This document shows, one piece after another, positions 20,437-29,762 of a stretch of 64,000 nt of DNA. Position 1 is the stretch's first letter, and each line of letters begins with the position of its first letter. The translations under genes and the position numbers were made by a program. The notes under the pieces are model-generated. The model saw only the letters and a list, made by a program, of their open reading frames with translations. It made no database searches and was not told where the DNA came from. The stretch is taken from assembly GCA_963677925.2 (NCBI GenBank), contig CAXXYH010000003.1, positions 320,001-384,000 on the forward strand, read 5' to 3'. Origin of the DNA: Spirochaetia bacterium (GTDB taxonomy: Bacteria; Spirochaetota; Spirochaetia; UBA9216).

Positions 20437-21666
20437 CTAAAACCGGTAAACACGAACCGGTATACCTGAAGACAGACCTTCAGTGTCGCGGCTGATCTCA
20501 ATATAGCCGTAAGCCCGGCTTAGAGTTGTAATCATGCTTGAGCCGCCTCCAACAGGAGTCGCTTCAAAATTGTTATCTGAATTTTTCAAGAGAAAAACCG
20601 GTTTATAAGTATCACGGCCGGGAGACCCATGAATATTTTCAGTCAGGACTGCCTCAACCCAGGGTTCAACAGGAGCCAGGGCATTGCAAAGCAGATAGAA
20701 CAAATGTTTCCCGATAATTTTAAATACCATAAGAGCAGAAACCGGATGGCCCGGAAGTCCGACAAGAGGGAATCCTCCGGCGCTTGCAAGTATCGTAGGC
20801 TTTCCCGGGTTAAATGCAATTCCATGCACGAAACAGCCGGGTTCTCCGATTTTATCAAAAATTTCCATTGTAAAATCTTTATTACCGGCCGAACTTCCGC
20901 CGCTTAAAAAAACAACATCCGAGCTGGTCATTGCTTCCCTTATTGCCTTTTCCAGCAGCAATTTATCATCACTAACAACTTCGGCGCTTACCACATCAAA
21001 GCCGATTTTCTCGGCCTCAGCTCTCAAAGTATGTGAATTGATGTCTCTGATCTTTGCGGGAACAAGTACGGTATCAGAGGCTGTTATTTCATCACCGGTT
21101 GAAATTATAACAGCCGAGGGCTTTTTATAAACTTTGATATCCGTAATACCGGAAGCGGATAATACACCAATATCTGCTGAATCTATCTGCCTTCCAGCCT
21201 CAAACAGAAGTTCACCCACGCTGATATCCCTTCCGACCGGAACTACATTCATTCCCTTAACAGCAGGAACAGAAAAAGCTATTTCATCACCTATCTGTTC
21301 AGAGTATTCTATCATTACAACTGCATCTGCGCCTTCAGGCATCATTCCGCCGGTGGGGATGTAAGCGGCAGTACCTGAGCTTATTTTAAAATCCGGAGCT
21401 TTACCCATTGATACTTCACCTGCGATTTTCATAATAATTGGTATAGTCTCGGATGCCCCGGAAGTTTCAGCTGCGATTACGGCATAGCCGTCCATTGTGG
21501 ATTTTGCAAAATGCGGTACAGGATCAGCAGAGTATATATTTTCAGCGACAATTCTTCCTGAAGATTTATAAACCGCTATGTTCTCGGTTTTCCCGGGATT
21601 TGCCTTAAAATGAGTATTAATAAGTTCAAGTGCAGTATCAACTGTTACTACTTTCAACAAAGGCAT
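20437..21666 (-). CDS. moeA: Molybdopterin molybdenum/tungsten transferase
   Basis: STMDGYAV, TGGMMPEGADAV, STGDE, SGGSSAG, PGKPT, GLPGHPVS. Confidence 0.92.
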   Translation of the reverse strand: MPLLKVVTVDTALELINTHFKANPGKTENIAVYKSSGRIVAENIYSADPVPHFAKSTMDGYAVIAAETSGASETIPIIMKIAGEVSMGKAPDFKISSGTAAYIPTGGMMPEGADAVVMIEYSEQIGDEIAFSVPAVKGMNVVPVGRDISVGELLFEAGRQIDSADIGVLSASGITDIKVYKKPSAVIISTGDEITASDTVLVPAKIRDINSHTLRAEAEKIGFDVVSAEVVSDDKLLLEKAIREAMTSSDVVFLSGGSSAGNKDFTMEIFDKIGEPGCFVHGIAFNPGKPTILASAGGFPLVGLPGHPVSALMVFKIIGKHLFYLLCNALAPVEPWVEAVLTENIHGSPGRDTYKPVFLLKNSDNNFEATPVGGGSSMITTLSRAYGYIEISRDTEGLSSGIPVRVYRF

Positions 21667-22313
21667 CAGCTCCTCCCTATAACATCAAAATCAAAAACAT
21701 TGTCTGCAATTTTTTCCATAAACTGTTTATCATGAGTAGAAATAACTATAGTAACACCTGTACTTTTCAATTTTAATAGATGAGAACCAAGTTTTTTGGA
21801 ACTCGCATCATCAAGATTTGCAGTCGGCTCATCAAGCATAAGGACTCTTTTTTCAGCTGCCAGAGCCCTGGAAATTGCAAGACGTTTCTTTTCTCCCCCT
21901 GACAAATTAGAGGCTTTTTTCTTTTCAAAACCGGATAAACCTGTCAGTTCGAGAGACCTGGAAATAATTCCGCTTTTTTCTGATTTTCTGATATCTGAAT
22001 GCAGAAGAAGTGAAATATTGCTGAATACAGTTCCTTTCAGAATATATGGCTCCTGATGTACGTATATCGAGTTGAGTTTAACTTTGTCGCTGTTTAATTC
22101 ATTTCCGCTTTCATCGAGGTAAATAACTTTCCCCGTGTCAGGAACGTACAAGCCTGCAATAAGCTTCATCATTGTGGTTTTTCCGGTTCCGTTCCCTCCG
22201 CAGAATACGGTAATCTCTCCCGGATTTATCGACATATTAACCTCACACAACACATTTGTACCCGGCTCGTATGCGAATGATAAATTGATGCTTCTTATAG
22301 AAAAATTATTCAT
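21666..22313 (-). CDS. tupC: Tungstate ABC transporter ATPase
   Basis: GGNGTGKTT, LSGGEKKR, LDEPTANLD; start overlaps the tupB stop. Confidence 0.82.
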   Translation of the reverse strand: MNNFSIRSINLSFAYEPGTNVLCEVNMSINPGEITVFCGGNGTGKTTMMKLIAGLYVPDTGKVIYLDESGNELNSDKVKLNSIYVHQEPYILKGTVFSNISLLLHSDIRKSEKSGIISRSLELTGLSGFEKKKASNLSGGEKKRLAISRALAAEKRVLMLDEPTANLDDASSKKLGSHLLKLKSTGVTIVISTHDKQFMEKIADNVFDFDVIGRS

Positions 22314-22995
22314 CACTATCAGCTCCGGAACCAATTTTGATCAATATATTTACTGCAAGTGAAATCGATAAAAGTATCATACCAAGTGCAAGCCCGAGCT
22401 CAAACTGTCCCTTACTTGTTTCGAGTGAAATTGCGGTAGTTATAGTCCTTGTATACCATCTAATATTTCCTCCAAGCATCATTGACACGCCTACTTCACC
22501 GATAACCCTGCCAAACCCCGTTACAATCACAAGTATAATCTGGGTTTTAACTTCTCTTAAAATCAGAATATTCTTTTTGAATGAAGATATGCAGAAGGCA
22601 TCAAGCGTCTCGATGAGCATTGGATTGACACCGGATAATGTTGTCCAGATCATTGAAATCATAATAGGAAGAATCAGTATAACCTGTCCCAGTATTATTC
22701 CGCCCTGGGTGAAAAGCAGACCAAAAGGCCCTAGAAGACCCTGTCTGTTTATTAGAGAATAGACGAACAGACCTACAACTACAGTGGGAATGCCCATCAG
22801 GCTGTTAAAAAACACCTTAAGAGCCTTCCTTCCCGGAAAAGAGGTGAAACCCAGAAATATTCCAATAGGAATTCCTATAAGTGTGGCTAATCCGGTAGAA
22901 CTGACTGCAAGGAACAGGGAAGTCCCTGCTATATTAAAGACTTCCCTGTCGCCTGATAAAATCAGTGCAGCTGCTCTGCCTAGAAGGCTGAACAT
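22306..22995 (-). CDS. tupB: Tungstate ABC transporter permease
   Basis: MGIPTVVVGL, GFGRVIGEVG, GGNIRWYTRTITTAI. Confidence 0.9.
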   Translation of the reverse strand: MFSLLGRAAALILSGDREVFNIAGTSLFLAVSSTGLATLIGIPIGIFLGFTSFPGRKALKVFFNSLMGIPTVVVGLFVYSLINRQGLLGPFGLLFTQGGIILGQVILILPIMISMIWTTLSGVNPMLIETLDAFCISSFKKNILILREVKTQIILVIVTGFGRVIGEVGVSMMLGGNIRWYTRTITTAISLETSKGQFELGLALGMILLSISLAVNILIKIGSGADSDE

Positions 22996-23013
22996 CAGAT
23001 AATCCTGATTAAT

Positions 23014-23886
23014 CTATTTGGCATCCGGATAAAAAAGCTGTTCGCCGTTTTTCTGAAATCCGCCGATAACAGCCTGGCCTTCTTCTGAAACCACATAATT
23101 GATGAATTCCATAGCTGCATCATATTTAACATGAGAATATTTCTCAGGATTTACAGCAATAATTCCATAGGGGTTAAAAAGTACCCGGTCACCATCGAAC
23201 TTGACTCTGAGACCGATGTCATCTTTCATAGCCAGATAAGTAGCTCGGTCAGAAATAGTATAGCCGTTCATATCATTAGCCATGGTTATGACAGTTCCCA
23301 TGCCCTGACCTGCTTCCTTATACCACTGCCCGGAAGGTGCTATTCCGGCTTCTGCCCAGATCGCTTTTTCCTTGATATGAGTTCCGGAATCATCACCTCT
23401 GGATACAAAGTCAGCCCCTGATGCGGCAATAAGCTTCATTGCGTCAGCAGCGGTTTCGGCTGAGCTTATTCCTGCGGGATCGTTTTCAGGACCGATAATT
23501 ACGAAATCATTGTACATTACATCCTTGCGGTTTACACCGTAACCGTCAGCTACAAAAGCATCTTCACGTGAACGGGCATGAACAAAGATTAGATCAACAT
23601 CTCCGTTTTCACCATGTGCAATAGCTTTTCCGGTACCCACTGCTATTACATCTACTGCTATACCTGTTTTTTCAGCAAAAGCAGGTATAAGAACATCAAG
23701 AAGACCTGAATTTTCTGTACTGGTGGTTGTCGCCATTTTGATCCGGACTTCCTCAGCGGGTTTAGTTTCCTGCTGACCGCCTGCAAATACTGCATTCACA
23801 GATAAAATCAGCAACAGAATAAGAATGAAATTTCTGACAGAGCGTACACCTGTTAAGGGCATACCGAGAGACGGGTTCGTTCTCAT
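23014..23886 (-). CDS. tupA: Tungstate-binding protein
   Basis: TupA signature ATTTSTENSGLL, AVGTGKA, FVSRGDDSGTH, GQGMG; ATG at 23886 after AAGGAG. Confidence 0.92.
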   Translation of the reverse strand: MRTNPSLGMPLTGVRSVRNFILILLLILSVNAVFAGGQQETKPAEEVRIKMATTTSTENSGLLDVLIPAFAEKTGIAVDVIAVGTGKAIAHGENGDVDLIFVHARSREDAFVADGYGVNRKDVMYNDFVIIGPENDPAGISSAETAADAMKLIAASGADFVSRGDDSGTHIKEKAIWAEAGIAPSGQWYKEAGQGMGTVITMANDMNGYTISDRATYLAMKDDIGLRVKFDGDRVLFNPYGIIAVNPEKYSHVKYDAAMEFINYVVSEEGQAVIGGFQKNGEQLFYPDAK

Positions 23887-23891
23887 TACTA

Positions 23892-24045
23892 TCTCCTTTA
23901 CAAATACGGAAGGCAGTACTGTTTCCGGTACCACCCTTTTGAACGACGTTCAAAGCAGTCTACACAAATAGCTCAGTTCTTTGATACGAAATTCATCGGC
24001 CTATATTCCATACCTATTCGGCTGCAGGAAAGAAGGCTCGGACAA
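23892..24045 (-). ncRNA. Moco/Tuco-type riboswitch (Moco RNA motif)
   Basis: Minus strand: UCCGAGC...CCU..UAUGG..GGCC...AGGGU-GGUACCGGAAACAGUACU-GCCUUCC-GUAUUUGUAAAGGAG running into the tupA RBS; matches the recalled Moco motif layout and gene context. Confidence 0.85.
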
Positions 24046-24184
24046 TAATATGATTGTTGCAGTCATATTAGCAGAGATTTTTCAGCTGGGCAATAAAATA
24101 GTTAAACAAATATATAATAATCTGCAGACATAGAATTCATAAAATTATTTACATTTCATCAATCTATTGTATGATGGTTTTATT

Positions 24185-25081
24185 ATGAACTATAACTTTA
24201 AAACACTTGAAGAAAATGCAGTTAAAAAACCGTCAAAATCTGTTGCTCTGGCAATGGCGGAAGAAGATGATGCTTTAGCTGCCATAGCTGCTGCGGCCGG
24301 AAAAAATATAGTTAAACCTATTCTTGTAGGAAATCCGGAAAAAATCAAATCTATAGCGTCTCAGAGCAGTATATGTATCGAAGCCTTTGAGATTATTGAG
24401 GCTGATGGTGAAAAAGCCTGTGCACAGAAGGCTGTTGAACTTGTAAAATCAGGTAAAGCAGACTGCCTTATGAAAGGAAAAACCGCAACGTCAGTTATTA
24501 TGAAAGCAGCTCTTGATCGTGAAAATGGACTCTCGGGTTCAGGAATGCTTTCTCATTTGGCTATTATAGATATAAAGTCATACCACAAACTGCTTATTGC
24601 CACCGATGCCGCAATGAACATCGCACCTGAACTTAAAGAAAAAGTGCTTCTAACCGAAAACGCCGTTAAAATCGCTCATACGCTGGGAATTGAAAAACCT
24701 CTGGTTGCTGTTATAGGTGCCGTTGAAAAAGTTAACCCCTCCATGCCCTGCACTCTTGATGCAGCTATGCTTTCAAAGATGGCCGATCGCGGTCAGATAA
24801 AAGGCTGTATTATAGACGGGCCGTTCGCCCTTGATAATGCCATATCAAAGCACAGCTGCGAAGTTAAGGGAATAAGCGGAGAAGTCGGCGGAAATGCCGA
24901 CATTCTGCTGTTTCCCGATATTGAAGCGGCAAATGTCTTCTATAAAACAATGGCCTACTTCACCGACTGCGACATGGCCGGAATAATTGCCGGAGCTTCC
25001 GCACCGATTATTCTGACATCCAGGGCGGACAGTGAACGAACCAAATACCTGTCGATACTGGCCGGCGTTTCGCTTTGCTGA
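24185..25081 (+). CDS. ptb: Phosphate butyryltransferase / branched-chain phosphate acyltransferase
   Basis: ADCLMKG, LSHLA, TDAAMNIAP, EKVNPSMP, DGPFALDNA, PDIEAANVFYK, PIILTSRADS; start ATG 24185 or TTG 24167. Confidence 0.9.
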   Translation: MNYNFKTLEENAVKKPSKSVALAMAEEDDALAAIAAAAGKNIVKPILVGNPEKIKSIASQSSICIEAFEIIEADGEKACAQKAVELVKSGKADCLMKGKTATSVIMKAALDRENGLSGSGMLSHLAIIDIKSYHKLLIATDAAMNIAPELKEKVLLTENAVKIAHTLGIEKPLVAVIGAVEKVNPSMPCTLDAAMLSKMADRGQIKGCIIDGPFALDNAISKHSCEVKGISGEVGGNADILLFPDIEAANVFYKTMAYFTDCDMAGIIAGASAPIILTSRADSERTKYLSILAGVSLC

Positions 25082-25118
25082 AAAAAAAGGCTGCACGTTA
25101 TTTGGTGCAGCCTTTTTT
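25082..25118. terminator. Bidirectional intrinsic terminator
   Basis: A-run-ggctgcac-N-gtgcagcc-T-run. Confidence 0.85.
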
Positions 25119-25131
25119 CAAAACATAGTAT

Positions 25132-26625
25132 TTATTCAAGCACCCAAAGAGCCGCAAAACCGTTTTCCACTCCGGCCAGAAGAACTTTTCCATCGTCCCC
25201 AATTGAAACTGATATAAAGTCAGAATTCTCACGGAAAAAACGTCCATTGTTAGCAAACGACTGATCAAGTGAACCATCAGAATTAATTCTGTACAGACAG
25301 GCAATTGTAATCGAATCAACATAATATCCACAGATATAAATTTTATCATCAGCCTGAACCGCAATGTCCGACGGAATAAAACCTGAATCAAAGAATGTAC
25401 TGCTGGTTCCGTTACTTCCGAAACTGGTATCCACATTCATTAAAGAATCAAATCTACCGACAAGTTCAGGCGCTGCAATTATCAACCTATCAGAATTATC
25501 TGCAGCAATTTGCATTTCAGGCACAGCTACCGGCCATTCTGCCGATAATTCTGCAATCTGCTTTATGCTTAGGTCTGTATCCAGTCTGATTACAATACTT
25601 TTTGCATCTACAACCGGCGGTCCTGCAAACGCTCCATGATATCCAAGGACATATACCATATCCCCCTGTTTCACTATATCATAAGCATCAGCGCTGACCC
25701 CGGATGTGCCGAAATGAGTTAGAGGATCAACCAGAAATACATCATCCGCAGTCATTGTACCTAAGTTATAATTATAAAGCTTGATAACAGATGTTCCATT
25801 ATCTCCACATAAGAAAACTGATTCCCCCTGGTGGAATACAGATCCGGAGACAACAAGAAAATCTGCAGTAATGTGCTCCGCATCATCTCCAAGATCTATA
25901 TAACTGACATATTGATTATAATTTATGTCTATAAGATCAATATCCGATGATGTTTTTATAATTTCATACGAGGGATAACTGCCAACGTAATCTACAATTT
26001 TTTGCTGTACGGATGTTCCATCAGTTCGAATTGAATATATTCCACCTACGGGGGATGCATAAGCAATTCCCAATCCCAAATAATATCTATCGTCTTTTTG
26101 CACAACATCACTGAATTGGGAATCAGTACCCTGAACATATGAATATACCGCACCACTATTGAAATCTGATGATAATTCACCTTTTGCAGAGCAAGTCACT
26201 GTCCCGGTAGCGATATCAGAGCTTAAAACATCTGTAGAAGAGACTCCAACTACCCATACATTATATTCTGTTCCATAAATCAAATCACTTTCTATTGTAT
26301 AAGTATAAGTTCCATCACCGTTGTCAGTATTGTAATTTGCTGTTTGTCCGGCTTCAACAAGTGCGCTTTGATCAAAATCCGAACTGTCGCTCCAGAATAT
26401 TGTATAATCTTCAGCATTATCTGAAGCTTCCCATTTTACAATTATAGAAGACAGGCTTGCACTTAATTCAATTGAAGACGGAGCATCAGGAACTACTGCA
26501 TCACCTTCATATGACGGGTCGAAGGTATTATCCCGGAGGGGTGGCTCGAATAATTCACAAGCATTAAAAATTGAGATGGATAATATAGTAATAACTGTTA
26601 ATAAAATAATTATTCTGTTTTTCAT
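25132..26625 (-). CDS. Surface lipoprotein with FnIII-like domain and delta-60-like beta-propeller repeats
   Basis: Lipobox-like IFNAC; P-DAPS..IIVKW..Y.I.W..YNVWV FnIII pattern; DTSFGSNG / DGSLDQSFANNG / QADDKI / DDGKVLLAG repeats. Confidence 0.65.
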   Translation of the reverse strand: MKNRIIILLTVITILSISIFNACELFEPPLRDNTFDPSYEGDAVVPDAPSSIELSASLSSIIVKWEASDNAEDYTIFWSDSSDFDQSALVEAGQTANYNTDNGDGTYTYTIESDLIYGTEYNVWVVGVSSTDVLSSDIATGTVTCSAKGELSSDFNSGAVYSYVQGTDSQFSDVVQKDDRYYLGLGIAYASPVGGIYSIRTDGTSVQQKIVDYVGSYPSYEIIKTSSDIDLIDINYNQYVSYIDLGDDAEHITADFLVVSGSVFHQGESVFLCGDNGTSVIKLYNYNLGTMTADDVFLVDPLTHFGTSGVSADAYDIVKQGDMVYVLGYHGAFAGPPVVDAKSIVIRLDTDLSIKQIAELSAEWPVAVPEMQIAADNSDRLIIAAPELVGRFDSLMNVDTSFGSNGTSSTFFDSGFIPSDIAVQADDKIYICGYYVDSITIACLYRINSDGSLDQSFANNGRFFRENSDFISVSIGDDGKVLLAGVENGFAALWVLE

Positions 26626-26635
26626 GAAGGCCTCC

Positions 26636-27613
26636 TTAATAGCTCACTCTGACAAGCAGGCCCGGATTTTTTCCGACTACCGGACTGAATGCAACATTTG
26701 AAGTTTCCGGTGCCGAATCATTTGCAAATAATATTATACCGACAGTTGTCAGAACTGCTCCGGCACCGGCAGCAATTGAACCGATAAGAAAATCATTAAA
26801 AGCTGCATCACGGGATGTTTCCAGTGCAGTGAATAGTGCATCGAAATCGGAGCCGTATGATGCAGAATCGTATGCAGTATTTGCAGTGTTAAAAGCAGGC
26901 AGAGTATTTGCAAAAAGATTGTATATAAAATAACCTCCTACACCCAAACCTGCTGCACCGGCACTGGTACATATAATAGCCGGAATATCAACTCCGCCTT
27001 TATCTGCAGCGGCTGTTTTTTCAGCAGGGGCTGCAGATTCATTGCCTGCTTCAGCAGCAATATTATCATTTCCGGATTTCTCCGATGAAGAGGATTCAGC
27101 AACAGTTTCAGTTTTTTCAGGCTGTGCCTCAACAACTGTTTCGGTGATCGGATTCCCCGCCAGTTCAGCGGCTACATTCTCCAGCCCGTCTATGAGCTCA
27201 TCAAGATCTCCGTATTTGCCATTTGAGGTTGCAAGAGTTTTGGAGGTTTCGGTTTCAAGCATCTTGACCGACATCAGATACCGGCTTCCGATTTTAGACA
27301 AAGTTCCGGTAACTATAGTTTCTGCGGAAAGAAGCTTTCCTATTTCAAGCGCACATGATTCATCAGTACAGCCCGACATGGAAAACTCCATCTCATTAAG
27401 AATGGTTTCACGCTGTGATACATCAATAACTATAAATTTTCCTGTATTGAATAATTCAGCTGACAAATACTCGACAATAGCTTTCATTTCGGTCCTGGAC
27501 ACCGCTTCAGTGGTAAAATCCAAAACAGCCAGGGTGTCCTGACCAAAAACAAAGCCCGGTGTAATCAGCGCAATAAACAGCACCAAAATCCAGACAGCCT
27601 TTTTATATTTCAT
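26636..27613 (-). CDS. Exported CsgG/HfaB/DUF2380-like protein with C-terminal hydrophobic hairpin
   Basis: Signal peptide, LAVLDF, SQRETILNEMEFSMSGCTDESCALEIGKLLSA, GTLSKIG; two Gly-rich hydrophobic segments; ends LLVRVSY. Confidence 0.65.
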   Translation of the reverse strand: MKYKKAVWILVLFIALITPGFVFGQDTLAVLDFTTEAVSRTEMKAIVEYLSAELFNTGKFIVIDVSQRETILNEMEFSMSGCTDESCALEIGKLLSAETIVTGTLSKIGSRYLMSVKMLETETSKTLATSNGKYGDLDELIDGLENVAAELAGNPITETVVEAQPEKTETVAESSSSEKSGNDNIAAEAGNESAAPAEKTAAADKGGVDIPAIICTSAGAAGLGVGGYFIYNLFANTLPAFNTANTAYDSASYGSDFDALFTALETSRDAAFNDFLIGSIAAGAGAVLTTVGIILFANDSAPETSNVAFSPVVGKNPGLLVRVSY

Positions 27614-27787
27614 TGTTTTTCTCCAGTTTTTTTATTGCTCAATATTAAAATAATACCTCAAAATCCACAAGTTTCTGTTTCTCTGAAATAATTATTTTTT
27701 TGTATTTCTTTTATTTATATCGGTTTAAGACTTTTTTATTCTTCATTAAAAAATTATAAACAGAATAGAATTAAAAAATAAGATTTA

Positions 27788-27816
27788 TTGACAGCGGTTC
27801 ACCTGCTCTTTACAAT
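27788..27816 (+). promoter_or_regulatory. Sigma70-like promoter
   Basis: TTGACA-N17-TACAAT upstream of the thioesterase. Confidence 0.75.
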
Positions 27817-27830
27817 CTCAGCGGAGAAAT

Positions 27831-28589
27831 ATGATGAAATTATTTACAGATACTTTTAAAGTCAGAGGATTTCAGACGGACACACACGGGAAACTGTCAA
27901 TACGAAGCCTATGTGATTATATGAATGAAGCTGCAGGAAATCACTGCATTGAATATAAGATCACAGTAGATGATCTGAATAAAATCGGACTAACATGGAT
28001 GCTCTCCCGCCTTAAGTTCCGAATTATACGACTTCCCGAAAAAGATGAAATTATCAAAGTAAATACTTGGCCCTCCGGAGCTCAGGGGCTATTCTCATGC
28101 CGTGATTTTATAGTAACAGACGATAAGGATCGGGAACTTGTGAAAGCAACCAGTGCCTGGCTGACTATAAATCTCGAAAAAAGACGCATAGTACGGCTTC
28201 CCCAGATTATAACCGAAATGCATCCGGAGCCGGGTTCTTCTAAATCTGCACTTGAAGCCGATTTTAAATCAAAAATGCCTCAAATTGAATCACAGACATC
28301 TGAATACCATTTACGGCCGGGTTACTCAGCCCTTGATATGAACCGCCATGTAACTTCAACCAGATATATTGAATGGATGATTAATTCTTTACCGGTAAGC
28401 TTTCTTGATACACATAATTTATCAGAGTTTGAAATAAGCTATAAACAGGAAATCCTTCCTGAACAGGATGCAGTTATAGTGAATGACTTTAACGGAACAG
28501 AATTATCAGGCATAAATCATGAAGTAAAGGATTCCGATTCGGGAAATATTAACTGTGTGGCCGTAAGCAGCTGGAATCCTAAATCATAA
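27831..28589 (+). CDS. Acyl-ACP thioesterase (double hotdog)
   Basis: TWMLSR, TWP, RDF, ATSAW, LDMNRHV...YIEW. Confidence 0.88.
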   Translation: MMKLFTDTFKVRGFQTDTHGKLSIRSLCDYMNEAAGNHCIEYKITVDDLNKIGLTWMLSRLKFRIIRLPEKDEIIKVNTWPSGAQGLFSCRDFIVTDDKDRELVKATSAWLTINLEKRRIVRLPQIITEMHPEPGSSKSALEADFKSKMPQIESQTSEYHLRPGYSALDMNRHVTSTRYIEWMINSLPVSFLDTHNLSEFEISYKQEILPEQDAVIVNDFNGTELSGINHEVKDSDSGNINCVAVSSWNPKS

Positions 28590-29471
28590 TAATCCTGCAA
28601 GATAAATTACTACGGGAATAGTAAATATCCCCATTACTGTTGAAACAATCAGCATTGAACCGGCAAGTTCTGCATCTCTTCCATACCTGACCGGCAGTAC
28701 ATAGGTGAATATAGCAGAAGGTAAACTCATTGCAATGATAAACACAGTTTTCATTGTATCCTGAAGCCCCAAAACCAAAGCTCCGAGTAATCCGGCAATA
28801 AATCCGCCTAAAAATCTTAACAGCAAACCGAAAACCAAATGTCTGTTAAAAACCATTGGTTTTCCTGCAATGGAAGCCCCGACGATAAAAGCGGCGAGCG
28901 GCATAACCCCTGAACCGCTGAATTCAGCTGTTTTTATTATTATATCCGGAAGTCTGATATTAAATGCATTAAAGAGAAAGCCGGCAACAATTGCCCATAA
29001 GATCGGGGCTTTTACCATCTCTTTAAAGCTTTTTGCGTTAAATCCGCCTGTTACCATCATTAAACCAAGGCTGAAGATAAATATATTCTGAATCTGATCT
29101 ATAATCACTTCTACATTAACAGCATATGACCCGCCCCATAATGCCATCAGAGGAATTCCAAGAAATCCTGTATTCATAAAACAAATTGAAGGACCTAAAT
29201 CCGAAAAATCTGTTCTGGTGATTTTAGAATAGATTAATGAAAAAAAGGCCAGTAAAAAAAGTGAAAAAATTACTGCACCGAAGAGTTTTGCAGTATCCAT
29301 AAACACAATTTTTGATGTATAAAGAGAATGGAAGGCCATTGCAGGCAGAAAAAAATCTGTCAAAGCCCGGCTTAATGAAGCAGAATCTATTTTATGCAGC
29401 TTTGATATAAAATATCCTGCAGCTACCACGACTAAAAGTGGTAAAATTATAATAAAAATGCTAAAAATCAA
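28584..29471 (-). CDS. AEC (auxin efflux carrier) family transporter
   Basis: FFLPAM, NTGFLGIPL, PILWA, SLPSA, VSTVMGIFTIP; probable TTG start at 29471 after GAAGGGG. Confidence 0.85.
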   Translation of the reverse strand: MIFSIFIIILPLLVVVAAGYFISKLHKIDSASLSRALTDFFLPAMAFHSLYTSKIVFMDTAKLFGAVIFSLFLLAFFSLIYSKITRTDFSDLGPSICFMNTGFLGIPLMALWGGSYAVNVEVIIDQIQNIFIFSLGLMMVTGGFNAKSFKEMVKAPILWAIVAGFLFNAFNIRLPDIIIKTAEFSGSGVMPLAAFIVGASIAGKPMVFNRHLVFGLLLRFLGGFIAGLLGALVLGLQDTMKTVFIIAMSLPSAIFTYVLPVRYGRDAELAGSMLIVSTVMGIFTIPVVIYLAGLL

Positions 29472-29521
29472 TGGTGTAACCCCTTCGTAATGTTTAGGCA
29501 AACATTTTTAGTAATAAAATG

Positions 29522-29550
29522 TTGCCAATTCACAAAAAACCATTTATAAT
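29522..29550 (+). promoter_or_regulatory. Sigma70-like promoter of preT-preA
   Basis: TTGCCA-N17-TATAAT. Confidence 0.7.
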
Positions 29551-29762
29551 TTATCTCTATGGCAGAAAATTCATCAGTTTTCAAGGCAGAACCCCTAATA
29601 ATCTTGCCCGATGATAATATTTCTGAAACTTTAGCTCAACTTGCAAACGCAAATTTATACAATAAAATTAAATTAAAGGCAAAATATTTTTGAAGCCGTA
29701 ATCAGCGGTGTAAATATTTTTATGCAGGCATTTGTCTGTAATTTCATTCAGGAGGGTGAATA

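Noticed and set aside
23886-23934. Upstream extension of tupA in the ORF track
   Set aside because: Lies inside the riboswitch; the RBS supports ATG 23886
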